The notes: a model not told the origin generated them from the letters alone. A stretch of 32,000 nucleotides of DNA from Candidatus Saccharimonadota bacterium (GCA_016699955.1 CP064993.1:420001-452000), one strand, 5' to 3'. Counted from the stretch's first letter, positions 9,131 to 17,165 are shown. Translations and numbers: made by a program.

Positions 9131-9148
9131 ACATAAAAAACATAAAAA
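9131..9148 (+). repeat. tandem 9-mer ACATAAAAA x2 in the A-rich 5' leader of the 9201 gene
   Basis: Direct reading: acataaaaa-acataaaaa-acaacaataaag. It lies downstream of the promoter and upstream of the AAAGGA Shine-Dalgarno. Confidence 0.8.
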
Positions 9149-9200
9149 ACAACAATAAAGTACTTAGAACTCACATTTCACTAGAAAGGAATTAAATACA

Positions 9201-10565
9201 ATGGCAAACCCAAATCAATCCCCCAACCCCCACCCAGCAGCTAATACACCCGAGGCCGACGCTGTGCGATTACAGCGACAGGCGTTGGCAGCTCATGTTC
9301 CCAGGAGTAGTTTTCACGAGGTAAAACAACAATGGAACGTACTAGACGCTGAGTTGGAAAACCGCCAGAAAACCGAAGCAGATACTGAAGCATATAACAA
9401 CAGCCCTGAGCGAGTTGCGCAAATCGAAGCTTATAACGACGAGGCAGAGTTGCGTATTTTTGGTTCTAGCGGTCGAACGTACACCGATGCCCAGGGTAAC
9501 GTAATTGCGGACGCGCAGAACCCACGACACGGTCTTGTCGATGGCGCAAAAGAACGGGCTGACGCATTACGCGTTGAGCCAGATGATGCCAAGCATCTTC
9601 CACAACCAGCGCGTGATACTCTGACGAGAAAACGCAATTCAGCTGCTCGCAAAGAAGTTAAACAAGCTGAGGAAGAGGTCAAGGAAATATTGGATCTGCA
9701 AACCAGCGAGGGCTTATCCCTGTCGCAAGCCGACCTAATTGTACGTCTCCGAAGAGAGGTTGACCCACAAGAAAAAGACACATTTGTACAGCGCAGGATA
9801 GCTGATCTTGAGCAGCATGGTGTTAGCTCGGCTGCAGCTAAAAGACGGGCGAAACAGGAAGCAGACTCAATGTATGCCCGTAAAGATGCCGCTCGTCTGA
9901 AAGCCATCAAAAAAAATAATGTACATAGCGTAGACGAATACGGACAATTACTCACGGGTGGTGGAGCCAATAATACATCGCGCTCCAACTCCCAATCTCA
10001 ACCTGGCGAGAATCGTCCAGGGGTGGACGCTGTAATAGACGAGGCTTATGCAGAGAACGATGCGATCTATGCCGAACGAATGGCATTGAGCCAGGCCGCA
10101 GGGAACTACACCGCTCTTTCGGCTAATATGCGTAATGGTCACCTTGGTCGCCTTGCACCAGGCCGTAGCCGCCTGCGTCGACTAAGGGCGCGGGGGCCCC
10201 TGTGGGCGTGGGGTTCCGGCCGGAGGGGCGGCGCGGGAACCCGGGGTGGGGGCCGAGCCCCGCGCCCGCCGCGGCTGGCCCGGGGAGAGACGCGGCGGGC
10301 GCGGGCCGCCGGGGCGCAGCCCCGGTACCGGGGGCGCGGGGAGGTGCTGACCGGGGCGGGGGCGGTTACTGACGGACGGCCCAGGCGACGCGGCGGCGAA
10401 GGGTCGCCCCGCGGGCGGGCCGGGGCTCTCGGGGGGCTTACCAATACGGGAGCGGCGGGCCGCGGGCGCCCCGGAGCGTCGGATAGCGCGGCCCTGCCTG
10501 CGCCGGGGGACAAAAGACAACCAACAGACGGAGCGGTATTTTACCTGGGTGGGGCCGCTACATGA
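9201..10565 (+). CDS. hypothetical charged/coiled-coil-like protein; its last third is read through a foreign-looking GC-rich island
   Basis: It has a good promoter, leader and SD (aaaGGAattaaatacaATG). Residues 1-315 are E/K/R/A/Q-rich with ordinary composition. From about 10160 the translation becomes R/G/P low complexity and cannot be trusted. TGA is at 10563-10565. Confidence 0.5.
   Translation: MANPNQSPNPHPAANTPEADAVRLQRQALAAHVPRSSFHEVKQQWNVLDAELENRQKTEADTEAYNNSPERVAQIEAYNDEAELRIFGSSGRTYTDAQGNVIADAQNPRHGLVDGAKERADALRVEPDDAKHLPQPARDTLTRKRNSAARKEVKQAEEEVKEILDLQTSEGLSLSQADLIVRLRREVDPQEKDTFVQRRIADLEQHGVSSAAAKRRAKQEADSMYARKDAARLKAIKKNNVHSVDEYGQLLTGGGANNTSRSNSQSQPGENRPGVDAVIDEAYAENDAIYAERMALSQAAGNYTALSANMRNGHLGRLAPGRSRLRRLRARGPLWAWGSGRRGGAGTRGGGRAPRPPRLARGETRRARAAGAQPRYRGRGEVLTGAGAVTDGRPRRRGGEGSPRGRAGALGGLTNTGAAGRGRPGASDSAALPAPGDKRQPTDGAVFYLGGAAT
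10160..10510. other. compositional island, about 80-90% GC and G-rich on the + strand
   Basis: Hand counts per 60 nt: 10201-10260 83%, 10261-10320 90%, 10321-10380 80%, 10381-10440 83%, 10441-10500 80% GC. Flanking sequence is about 45-55%. Long ORFs are open on both strands here. Boundaries are approximate, +/-25 nt. Confidence 0.9.
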
Positions 10566-10586
10566 GGAGGGGGTAGGCTGCGTGCG

Positions 10587-11675
10587 ATGGATAAGATGAA
10601 TAATGGGGTGAGCAACCGAGGCTCGAACGAGCTCGACCAGCAAGTCGAAGACGCTCGGCGGGAATATAGGGCTGCTTATGCTACCGTGTTCAACCGTAGA
10701 GTCGCGCATCTTACAACTTCGAATGGTGAAATTACTCCAGAGCATCGTCGCGCACAACTTCTTAATATGCACCTTGATGAAGCAATAGGATTAGAAAATC
10801 GCATTTTGGGTCTACAGCAGCTTCAGGCGAACACCGGCCGCTTTAGTAGCCTACAGAATCATATTGCACGTAAGTGGTCGGAATCGGGACGCTTTGGTAA
10901 AATTGTCCGCGTTGCAATTCCAGCCGCCGCGCTTGGTCTTGCGGGTGGCCTTGGAGTTGCTGCGCTAGGTGTTGCTTGGTTAGGCACATTGGCAGGTGGC
11001 GTTGCCGCCGCCTATGGCGGTCGCAAGATAGGCCACGGGATTGCCGGTGCCGCCTCACGGCACTACGCAAACACTTCCGCAGGTGAGACTGCACTTTCAA
11101 ATCGTTCGCAGGAGCTCTATGAACGGTTTGGTGGGGCCACAGTTGATGCTGCACAACGGGGTACATTTTCAGACCAAACTATACTTGTTGAAGGTCATAC
11201 AAGCGAGATTGTTCATAGAAACCAGCGTCGACGCGCAGCGGCTGGTGCAGTGGGTACCTTAGCAGCCAGCGTTGGCTTTGGCCTAGGACGGTGGACTGGT
11301 TCCAATGTCATTCATCATGACGCACCAGTCCAAAGCACTTACGGTGATGTTTACCCAAATGATCAACCAGGACAAGGCACGAATGCCGATAAATGGTGGC
11401 TTGACAATAGTAGTGCTAACAACAGCGGAGCTGGTGGATCAGCCAGTACATTAGATACTAACCAATACCCATGGCAACTCGCACACGGTGCTGCACCTGG
11501 ACACGAAGTGGACTCAATCCGTCAGGCTATGGAAGCCGCAAACCAAGGCGGAGGCCATTACAATCTTCACCAAGTCGGTAACACACTGCAAGTTTATGAT
11601 GGCAATCATGCGTTGAATGCCGCACAGCAGGCTCAGTTTAATGAGTTTATGGCCAAACTTTTTGGCTGGAAATAG
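10587..11675 (+). CDS. hypothetical membrane protein with glycine-zipper helices, 362 aa
   Basis: It contains VAIPAAALGLAGGLGVAALGVAWLGTLAGGVAAAYGG and AAAGAVGTLAASVGFGLG hydrophobic GxxxG-rich segments. It is in the same frame as the 9201 ORF. The start is uncertain because the GAGGAGGGGG SD-like run lies 13 nt upstream of the ATG. Confidence 0.6.
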   Translation: MDKMNNGVSNRGSNELDQQVEDARREYRAAYATVFNRRVAHLTTSNGEITPEHRRAQLLNMHLDEAIGLENRILGLQQLQANTGRFSSLQNHIARKWSESGRFGKIVRVAIPAAALGLAGGLGVAALGVAWLGTLAGGVAAAYGGRKIGHGIAGAASRHYANTSAGETALSNRSQELYERFGGATVDAAQRGTFSDQTILVEGHTSEIVHRNQRRRAAAGAVGTLAASVGFGLGRWTGSNVIHHDAPVQSTYGDVYPNDQPGQGTNADKWWLDNSSANNSGAGGSASTLDTNQYPWQLAHGAAPGHEVDSIRQAMEAANQGGGHYNLHQVGNTLQVYDGNHALNAAQQAQFNEFMAKLFGWK

Positions 11676-11719
11676 TGGTATGCTGTCAGAGTAGGTAACA
11701 AAATAAAAGGAAGAAAAAG

Positions 11720-12025
11720 ATGAAAATTAATAAAACGGATTTTAAACATAAATTGGTAGAAGCACTTGGCGTAGGTGACTTACCTGAGCAAGATCAAGAT
11801 ATTATCCTCGCCAAGGTTGAGCTGCTTGCCAATACTCGTTTGGCAACGGCGCTTCCTGAACTGCTTGACGATAAAACCTATGAACAGGTTGAAGCAATGC
11901 AGGCAAAAGGGCAGGCAGAGGATGACATTCTTGACTGGGTCGAAAAGCAGATCCCTCATTACGAGGAGATGATGCAAGCGATGATGCTCGACATTGCTGA
12001 TGAGATGACCGAAAAACTAAATTAA
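11720..12025 (+). CDS. small acidic helical protein, 101 aa (resembles the DUF5663-type proteins of CPR genomes, from memory and unverified)
   Basis: SD aaaAGGAAGaaaaagATG. The sequence is LGVGDLPEQDQDIILAKVELLANTRLATALPELLDDKTYEQVEAM... A strong terminator follows. Confidence 0.6.
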   Translation: MKINKTDFKHKLVEALGVGDLPEQDQDIILAKVELLANTRLATALPELLDDKTYEQVEAMQAKGQAEDDILDWVEKQIPHYEEMMQAMMLDIADEMTEKLN

Positions 12026-12044
12026 AATCATCTCCATCTATAAT

Positions 12045-12081
12045 CAGTAAAACAAGCCCAACAGTTGGGCTTGTTTTACTG
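12045..12081 (+). terminator. intrinsic terminator after the 9.2-12.0 kb cluster
   Basis: A perfect 16-bp inverted repeat, cagtaaaacaagccca / tgggcttgttttactg (12045-12060 / 12066-12081), with loop acagt. The GC core AAGCCCA/TGGGCTT is followed by a GTTTTACT tail. Confidence 0.7.
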
Positions 12082-12109
12082 ATTAAGGAAGTCTCTTGGC
12101 GACTATATG

Positions 12110-12115
12110 TATAAT
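12110..12115 (+). promoter_or_regulatory. -10 box TATAAT, 7 nt upstream of the murE ATG
   Basis: gactatatgTATAATtccatatATG. This box lies inside the track's TTG-started N-terminal extension, which argues for the ATG at 12123. Confidence 0.45.
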
Positions 12116-12122
12116 TCCATAT

Positions 12123-13478
12123 ATGAATATACGAAGTATGGTAAAACGGGTGGTGCCAGTGAAGGTGTTTGAGAAGGTGGGGCCGCTGGGGCATTTGGCC
12201 GAGGCGGTGTTGTGGAATGCGGTGTACGGGTTTCCGGGGCGAGGGCTGAAGGTGGTGGGAGTAACAGGGACAAACGGGAAAACCACCACGACATTTTTCA
12301 TACATCACATGCTGGTTGAGGCTGGTTACAAGGCTGGGCTCATGACAACAGTGGCTTACGGCGTGGGTAAAAACATTCAGCCACAGGTGCAGCACATGAC
12401 GAACGTGGGACCGCGGGAACTGATGGTGCGGCTAAAAAAGATGAAAGCCGAGGGCATGGAGTGGCTAGTGCTAGAAACGACATCACATGCGCTCGCGCAG
12501 CATCGGACATGGGGCGTGCCGTATAGCATAGCGGTGGTTACGAATATTACTCACGAGCACCTAGATTACCACAAGACATTTGAGAACTACCGAGCAGCGA
12601 AGCGGCGGATGTTTGAAATGACGCAGCGAAACGCACGTGGGAGGCGTCTGGGCGTAGTAAATGCCGACGACCCTCAGAGTGTCGACTTTGGGCTAGAAAC
12701 CGAAAACAGGGTGTCCTATGGGGTTGAGGCTGGCGATGTGCGCGCGAAAGACGTGCAGCTGAGAGCCGATGGCATACGCTACACGGCTACCGCTGGAACG
12801 GAAACCTACCATATAACCAGCCGACTGCCGGGTAGTTTTAACGTTTATAACTCCTTGGCTGCGGTGTGTGTTGGACAGGCTGTGGGTTTGACACGCGAGC
12901 AGGTAGAGCAGGGGATTGCCACACTCGCTGGTGTCGAGGGTCGCATGACAGCGCTGGACGAGGGGCAGCCATTTTCGGTTGTGGTCGACTACGCACACAC
13001 CCCAGACAGTTTTGAGAAACTATTTAAAGACCTGCGGCCAGTTGTTAAAGGCAAGCTCATTGTGATGTTTGGTTCGGCTGGGCGGCGCGACGAAGCCAAG
13101 CGTGCGGTGCAAGGCGAGTTGGCAGGGAAGTACGCCGACGAAGTTGTTGTGACCGAGGAAGATGACCGCGACTGCGACGGGCAAGAAATAATGGATCAAA
13201 TTGCGCGTGGAGCAGAAAAAGTCGGAAAAGTGCGTGACAGTAATCTTTTTCTGGTGCATGACCGTACAGAGGCGGTTCAGTTTGCGGTAAGTAGGGCACA
13301 TAGTGCTGATGATGCTGTGTTACTACTGGGTAAAGGCCACGAAAAAGACATTTTACGTGGCGGACCGCGCGCTGCCGAGCTTCGTTATTTGAAGCAAGAC
13401 GATACCAACCCCGACCGCGTCATTTCTGTCCCTTGGGACGAGGTCGCCGCGGCAAAAGATGCACTGCGCAACCGGTAG
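12123..13478 (+). CDS. murE: Mur ligase, MurE-type (UDP-MurNAc-L-Ala-D-Glu : diamino-acid ligase)
   Basis: P-loop GVTGTNGKTTTT, VVVDYAHTPDSF, FGSAGRRDEAKR and LLLGKGHE are present. The start could be 12123 or 12138. The position of the DNPR specificity motif reads EDDR (13152-13172 region). Confidence 0.88.
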   Translation: MNIRSMVKRVVPVKVFEKVGPLGHLAEAVLWNAVYGFPGRGLKVVGVTGTNGKTTTTFFIHHMLVEAGYKAGLMTTVAYGVGKNIQPQVQHMTNVGPRELMVRLKKMKAEGMEWLVLETTSHALAQHRTWGVPYSIAVVTNITHEHLDYHKTFENYRAAKRRMFEMTQRNARGRRLGVVNADDPQSVDFGLETENRVSYGVEAGDVRAKDVQLRADGIRYTATAGTETYHITSRLPGSFNVYNSLAAVCVGQAVGLTREQVEQGIATLAGVEGRMTALDEGQPFSVVVDYAHTPDSFEKLFKDLRPVVKGKLIVMFGSAGRRDEAKRAVQGELAGKYADEVVVTEEDDRDCDGQEIMDQIARGAEKVGKVRDSNLFLVHDRTEAVQFAVSRAHSADDAVLLLGKGHEKDILRGGPRAAELRYLKQDDTNPDRVISVPWDEVAAAKDALRNR

Positions 13479-13565
13479 CTATCGAACGCATTCACTCAGG
13501 CAACGACGAGATGGACAGACGGTTTATTGCCTCTGAAGAACAGGCAGTAAATTTGCAGTGTGGCG

Positions 13566-14687
13566 CTAGTTCGTAGCGTCGACTGTCCGCCTAGTTGTTT
13601 TCTTTGGGCTTTCATAGGGCTGTTGGCGGGCAACATCCCACTCTGCTTTCCATCCAAGAGAAAGGAGAATCTGTTGAATAACTGCAGACTGGTTATAATA
13701 CTGTGCTCGGTGCATGGGGTCGTCGTCAAAGTAGAATGTGGCGTGCGTTGCGCCAGGCAAGTCGTGGGTGATGATGTCGGGTCGTTGAGCGGCCAGGCGA
13801 GCATGTGAGTAAATGCTATCAACCAGCTCATCGTTACCGCTTTGGATGAGGTGGATTGGCACGCCTGCTAGCGCTTTTGCGAAGCCTGGCCATTGCTCTG
13901 GAAAACTACGAATCATGTCTAATTGGTCACTGAGGGTCTTTACGCCAATGGGATGCATTGTACGGCGCCAGGCCTCAGCGGGCTTCTCCCACCAAGGGAT
14001 GGAATCAAACGAGACGTGTGCAAGTTCACCGAGATAGTATTCAAGTGGCCCGGCTTGGGAGACTACTGCACGACCTGCATTCATGCCACGCGCAGCGAGT
14101 TGTTGTACGCCGAGGATACTGTCTTCGCCAAAAGTTGGATCTCGAAGCACAAGGGCACCGAGACGTGTGTTTCGGTACAGCGGGTTTGTTAGGAGCTCAG
14201 CGGCCATTGCGACGACCAAATTAGCACCCTGACTTGTCCCTACTAGAACAACTTCATGAGGAAGCGGAGAGTAGAGATTTTGCGAGGAAGGCGTATTGTC
14301 AAGGGCATGAATACGTTCATGCACAAGCCGTGCAATTCCTTGGGGGTCTACCCCATGCGTTCCGTGTTTGACTGCGTGAATGTGGGCAAATTGTCCAGCG
14401 CTAGGGATGAGCGTGTGGCTCGACCAAGAGTGCGTTGTACCGGTGCCGTCGACGTGTACAAGATGACGTTGACTGGTAGAACCACGGCTAGTACCATAAA
14501 CAGTCTCAATTTGAGGCTCTTGTCCTATTACCTCATTCCAACTACGCCGAACCGCCCCATCTGCAGCAACCGTGGTTGCTAAGGTGACACCAAGATTTAA
14601 GCTAGCTGATAAAAAGATGCGCCTAGTCAAGCCTGGAGTTTCGTCGGGTGTTGTGTTGGTAGAAGGGTGTGTATTTGGCTCAGACAA
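13566..14687 (-). CDS. secreted alpha/beta-fold hydrolase (esterase/lipase-like) with a twin-arginine signal
   Basis: Signal GLTRRIFLSASLNLGVTLATTVAA; nucleophile elbow GTSQG; later SGNDELV and GATHATF supply the Asp/His candidates. I prefer the TTG at 14687 (GAGGT SD 7 nt upstream) over the track's TTG at 14741. Confidence 0.7.
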   Translation of the reverse strand: MSEPNTHPSTNTTPDETPGLTRRIFLSASLNLGVTLATTVAADGAVRRSWNEVIGQEPQIETVYGTSRGSTSQRHLVHVDGTGTTHSWSSHTLIPSAGQFAHIHAVKHGTHGVDPQGIARLVHERIHALDNTPSSQNLYSPLPHEVVLVGTSQGANLVVAMAAELLTNPLYRNTRLGALVLRDPTFGEDSILGVQQLAARGMNAGRAVVSQAGPLEYYLGELAHVSFDSIPWWEKPAEAWRRTMHPIGVKTLSDQLDMIRSFPEQWPGFAKALAGVPIHLIQSGNDELVDSIYSHARLAAQRPDIITHDLPGATHATFYFDDDPMHRAQYYNQSAVIQQILLSLGWKAEWDVARQQPYESPKKTTRRTVDATN

Positions 14688-14844
14688 TTTTGTTACCTCA
14701 AAAAATGAATTTGGACAAAAAAGATATGCCTTCTCCTGCAACAGGACTAGCCACGTAGCTAGTTTGATCTACCTTACTATAGGCGGGTGCTCCACCGTAT
14801 GCACCGTTGGGGCAAGTATACAATAGAACATTGGAATATCGAAA

Positions 14845-15732
14845 CTATATGTTGTCAAGGGTGAGGGTGGTGCAGCGGATGAAACCACCACCTTTGGCTA
14901 GTTGTGGCATAGCGAGTGGGATGGTCTGTAGCCCGTGAACATCGATGGCGGCTCTAAGATTTGGCGCACTGGCGCTCATGACTACATAACTGCCCGTGCT
15001 TACTAGGTTACAGGCGAAAGCTTCTTTGGCTTCCGTAAAACTGACCTCTATTTTATCAACACCATCGAATTCACGGAGTCTGTCTCTGCTTTCGGGCAGG
15101 AAGGCGTCTGGGCACCAGGCTATGAGACCTTTTTGGTTGTCTGCTGGAAACTTTAGGACGGCCAGTGCTAGATCTAGGTCGTAAAAATAACTATCTGCCC
15201 ATCCAGAAATGGCATTTGCAGCGGGTTTACCGCCGGCATCTAGAAGTGGTATGGTCTGCAAGGTGATTGTTTCATAGCCTAGTGTTTCGGCTAAAAACGG
15301 ATGAACTTCGCTGTCGGTGCGGTAGCCGCTGCCACAAAACAGGTAATTGCCACAAGGCAGTGCGTCGCCCTGACCGCTAAATTTTAGCCCACGGGGTACT
15401 TCGTAAATGGTTTTACCCAGGTTTTCCAGCGCTTGTTTCGCGTACGGTTGCTCGCCTTGTCTAGAGGTGGGTAGACTAGAAAGTACGGCTTTGTCGCCCC
15501 GTACAAGCCCCCAGTTGGCAGTATATACGCCGTCTTGAAGCCGTGGAGGTGCTGGGACTTGCAAAACTGCAACTCCGATTTGTTTCAGGGTGTTAGTGAG
15601 AAGATTGTGTTCGGAAATGGCTTGAGAAATATTGACCTGCTCAGAGCCACCCATAAAGGGGTTTATTGCGTAACCATCGTCAAAGTATTCCGCGTCGCTC
15701 ATAAGAACAGTCGTGTTAATGCTGGTGTGCAT
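14845..15732 (-). CDS. guanidino-group-modifying enzyme superfamily protein (amidinotransferase / DDAH / arginine-deiminase-like fold), 295 aa
   Basis: The C-terminal catalytic-Cys motif is KGGGFIRCTTLTL. An internal SYFYDLDLAL matches the FYHLDT-type motif, and GDALPCGNYLFCGSGYRTD is present. It is too short for canonical ArcA. Confidence 0.8.
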   Translation of the reverse strand: MHTSINTTVLMSDAEYFDDGYAINPFMGGSEQVNISQAISEHNLLTNTLKQIGVAVLQVPAPPRLQDGVYTANWGLVRGDKAVLSSLPTSRQGEQPYAKQALENLGKTIYEVPRGLKFSGQGDALPCGNYLFCGSGYRTDSEVHPFLAETLGYETITLQTIPLLDAGGKPAANAISGWADSYFYDLDLALAVLKFPADNQKGLIAWCPDAFLPESRDRLREFDGVDKIEVSFTEAKEAFACNLVSTGSYVVMSASAPNLRAAIDVHGLQTIPLAMPQLAKGGGFIRCTTLTLDNI

Positions 15733-15738
15733 GGTGGC

Positions 15739-15744
15739 ATTATA
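15739..15744 (-). promoter_or_regulatory. -10 box TATAAT, 6 nt upstream of the 15732 ATG
   Basis: The minus strand reads agtattcgttagtccag-TATAAT-gccacc-ATG. Confidence 0.5.
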
Positions 15745-15749
15745 CTGGA

Positions 15750-15761
15750 CTAACGAATACT
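15750..15761. repeat. 12-mer CTAACGAATACT, copy 1 (a solo IS-end-like fragment)
   Basis: It is identical to 17122-17133, which is the outer part of the right IS end. The extended match is gaCTAACGAATACT versus gagCTAACGAATACT. Confidence 0.7.
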
Positions 15762-15872
15762 CACACCTTTAGATTCACAACCAATGACCATAGGCTACTG
15801 TTTTTTTGCGCGCATTTCGCTTTTCGAGCTGTAAAACAGCGAAAGGCGTATTTTAGTCAAAGTTTCAGGGCC

Positions 15873-17132
15873 GTATTAGCTCATTTAACAATCTTGCTGA
15901 AACTAGTTTCTAAAGCTTTAAGTTTCCGTTGAATCTCACGTTGTAATTTCGCGGGATTCAAGCTGTCATATTGTGATTGTAGCATGGCTTTCTGCTTGTC
16001 GCTGACGTTAGGGTGACTCATCAGCCGTTGGTAGGGTGTTTGAGCTGGGTAATAGCGTTTGGTTTTCTTGCCCGTAGCCTGGTCTTTAACGGTTTCTTTA
16101 ACTTTCATAGTTGGTTGGAAAAATTAAGGTACTGCCTCCACTCGTTTTGGTAGAGGTCATTTAGGCTTTCTAGCTGTTCATTTGTGTCCATACGTTGGTA
16201 ACCCACTAGTTGCCGTATGGCAGTCCAGTTCTTTTGTTCGACATGGGCTTGGTCGTTCTTTCTGTATGGCCTAGAACGGGTAAAGGTTAATCGATTATTC
16301 TTAGCATAGCGCGCCATGTGCCAATTGATGAATTCGCTGCCGTTGTCCGAATCAATACCCAGTAGTTTAAACGGCAAACGCTTACGGGCACTGTCAAGGC
16401 CAGTTACAGACGCTCGTTCACCCTTGCCCATAATAGCCACCTGCTCACTCCAGCTAGTAGCTACATCCGTTAAATTTAGACTGTAGATAAACGTGCCAGC
16501 TAATGTGTCGCCACAGTGGGCTACGGTGTCTGTTTCGCACCAACCCGGTGTTGTTTCGTCCCAGCGACCATAACGCACACTAATCTGCCGTTTTAGCAGA
16601 CTACCTGGTTTGGTTGTACCGCCAATTCGGATGATGCTGCGTCGCTTCTCGCGGGAGACAATGCGTTTAACAGTAGCTAGACTAATTTGCCTAAGCTGAT
16701 CATCGATTTCGGGTCTTACGGCCAGTTCGCCGCACGCTACTAGCTTATCTAAAAGCTCTGGCATGAATGGCTGCAAGCGTTCAGCGCAGATGTTACTAGT
16801 GGCATGCCAGAGTAGCAAAACAACTTGCTTAGTTTCGACCGAATAGCGAGCAGTCCGCGGCTTACGGATAATCGCCTTGGGCGGCGGGGAGCGCAGCAAG
16901 ACGCTAGCATAGGTTCGGTGATAGCCAGTAATGTCTACCACGTCACTAAGTAATTTGCTGCGTTCTTTTTCTGGTTCTTCTTGAGACGTTTGTATTTCTT
17001 TCGCATTACGCCAAGATATTCCTGGCGGGATAATCTGCTCATTTGATAATTCTTTCCGTTTGTACTCATAGTCCTGACAGCGTAGGGCTAGAGGTAGCTT
17101 TTTGGAAACATTATTAATGAGCTAACGAATAC
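15873..17132 (-). mobile_element. insertion sequence (~1.26 kb) encoding an rve/DDE integrase-type transposase (IS481- or ISNCY-like)
   Basis: Imperfect terminal inverted repeats share the core TTAGCTCATT. Left: GTATTAGCTCATTTAACAATCTT (15873-). Right (reverse complement): GTATTCGTTAGCTCATTAATAATGTTT (-17132). The transposase stop lies inside the left IR. Confidence 0.7.
15881..17121 (-). pseudogene. transposase, DDE/rve catalytic core, disrupted
   Basis: The catalytic core is CETDTVAHCG..., GIDSDNGSEF, HVEQKN. One frame break at about 16105-16108 (NFSNQL* then MKVKETVK...TPYQRL, where homologs are continuous). The N-terminal HTH-like part (...KERSKLLSDVVDITGYHRTYA) stays open to 17121 but has no ATG/GTG/TTG start. 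Confidence 0.6.
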
Positions 17133-17133
17133 T
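17122..17133. repeat. 12-mer CTAACGAATACT, copy 2 (right IS end)
   Basis: See 15750-15761. Confidence 0.7.
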
Positions 17134-17142
17134 ATTTCGGAA

Positions 17143-17165
17143 AGATTTTAGATGAGCTAAGTCGC
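17143..17165. repeat. extra copy of the IS terminal repeat, 35 bp outside the right end
   Basis: The reverse complement reads TTAGCTCATCTAAAATCTTT, compared with the left IR TTAGCTCATTTAACAATCTT. Confidence 0.6.

Noticed and set aside
10563-10565. In-frame TGA between the 9201 and 10587 ORFs read as a sense codon (code 25/4-type recoding, as in some CPR lineages).
   Set aside because: TGA terminates valS, the HIT gene, the NADAR gene and mscL at positions that fit homolog lengths, and it participates in ATGA start/stop overlaps. The standard bacterial code fits the window.
10139-10772. Antisense ORFs of 124 aa and 196 aa (P/R/A-rich) across the GC island.
   Set aside because: Stop codons are AT-rich, so an 83% GC stretch is open in nearly all frames. 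The products are pure low complexity, with no start signals.
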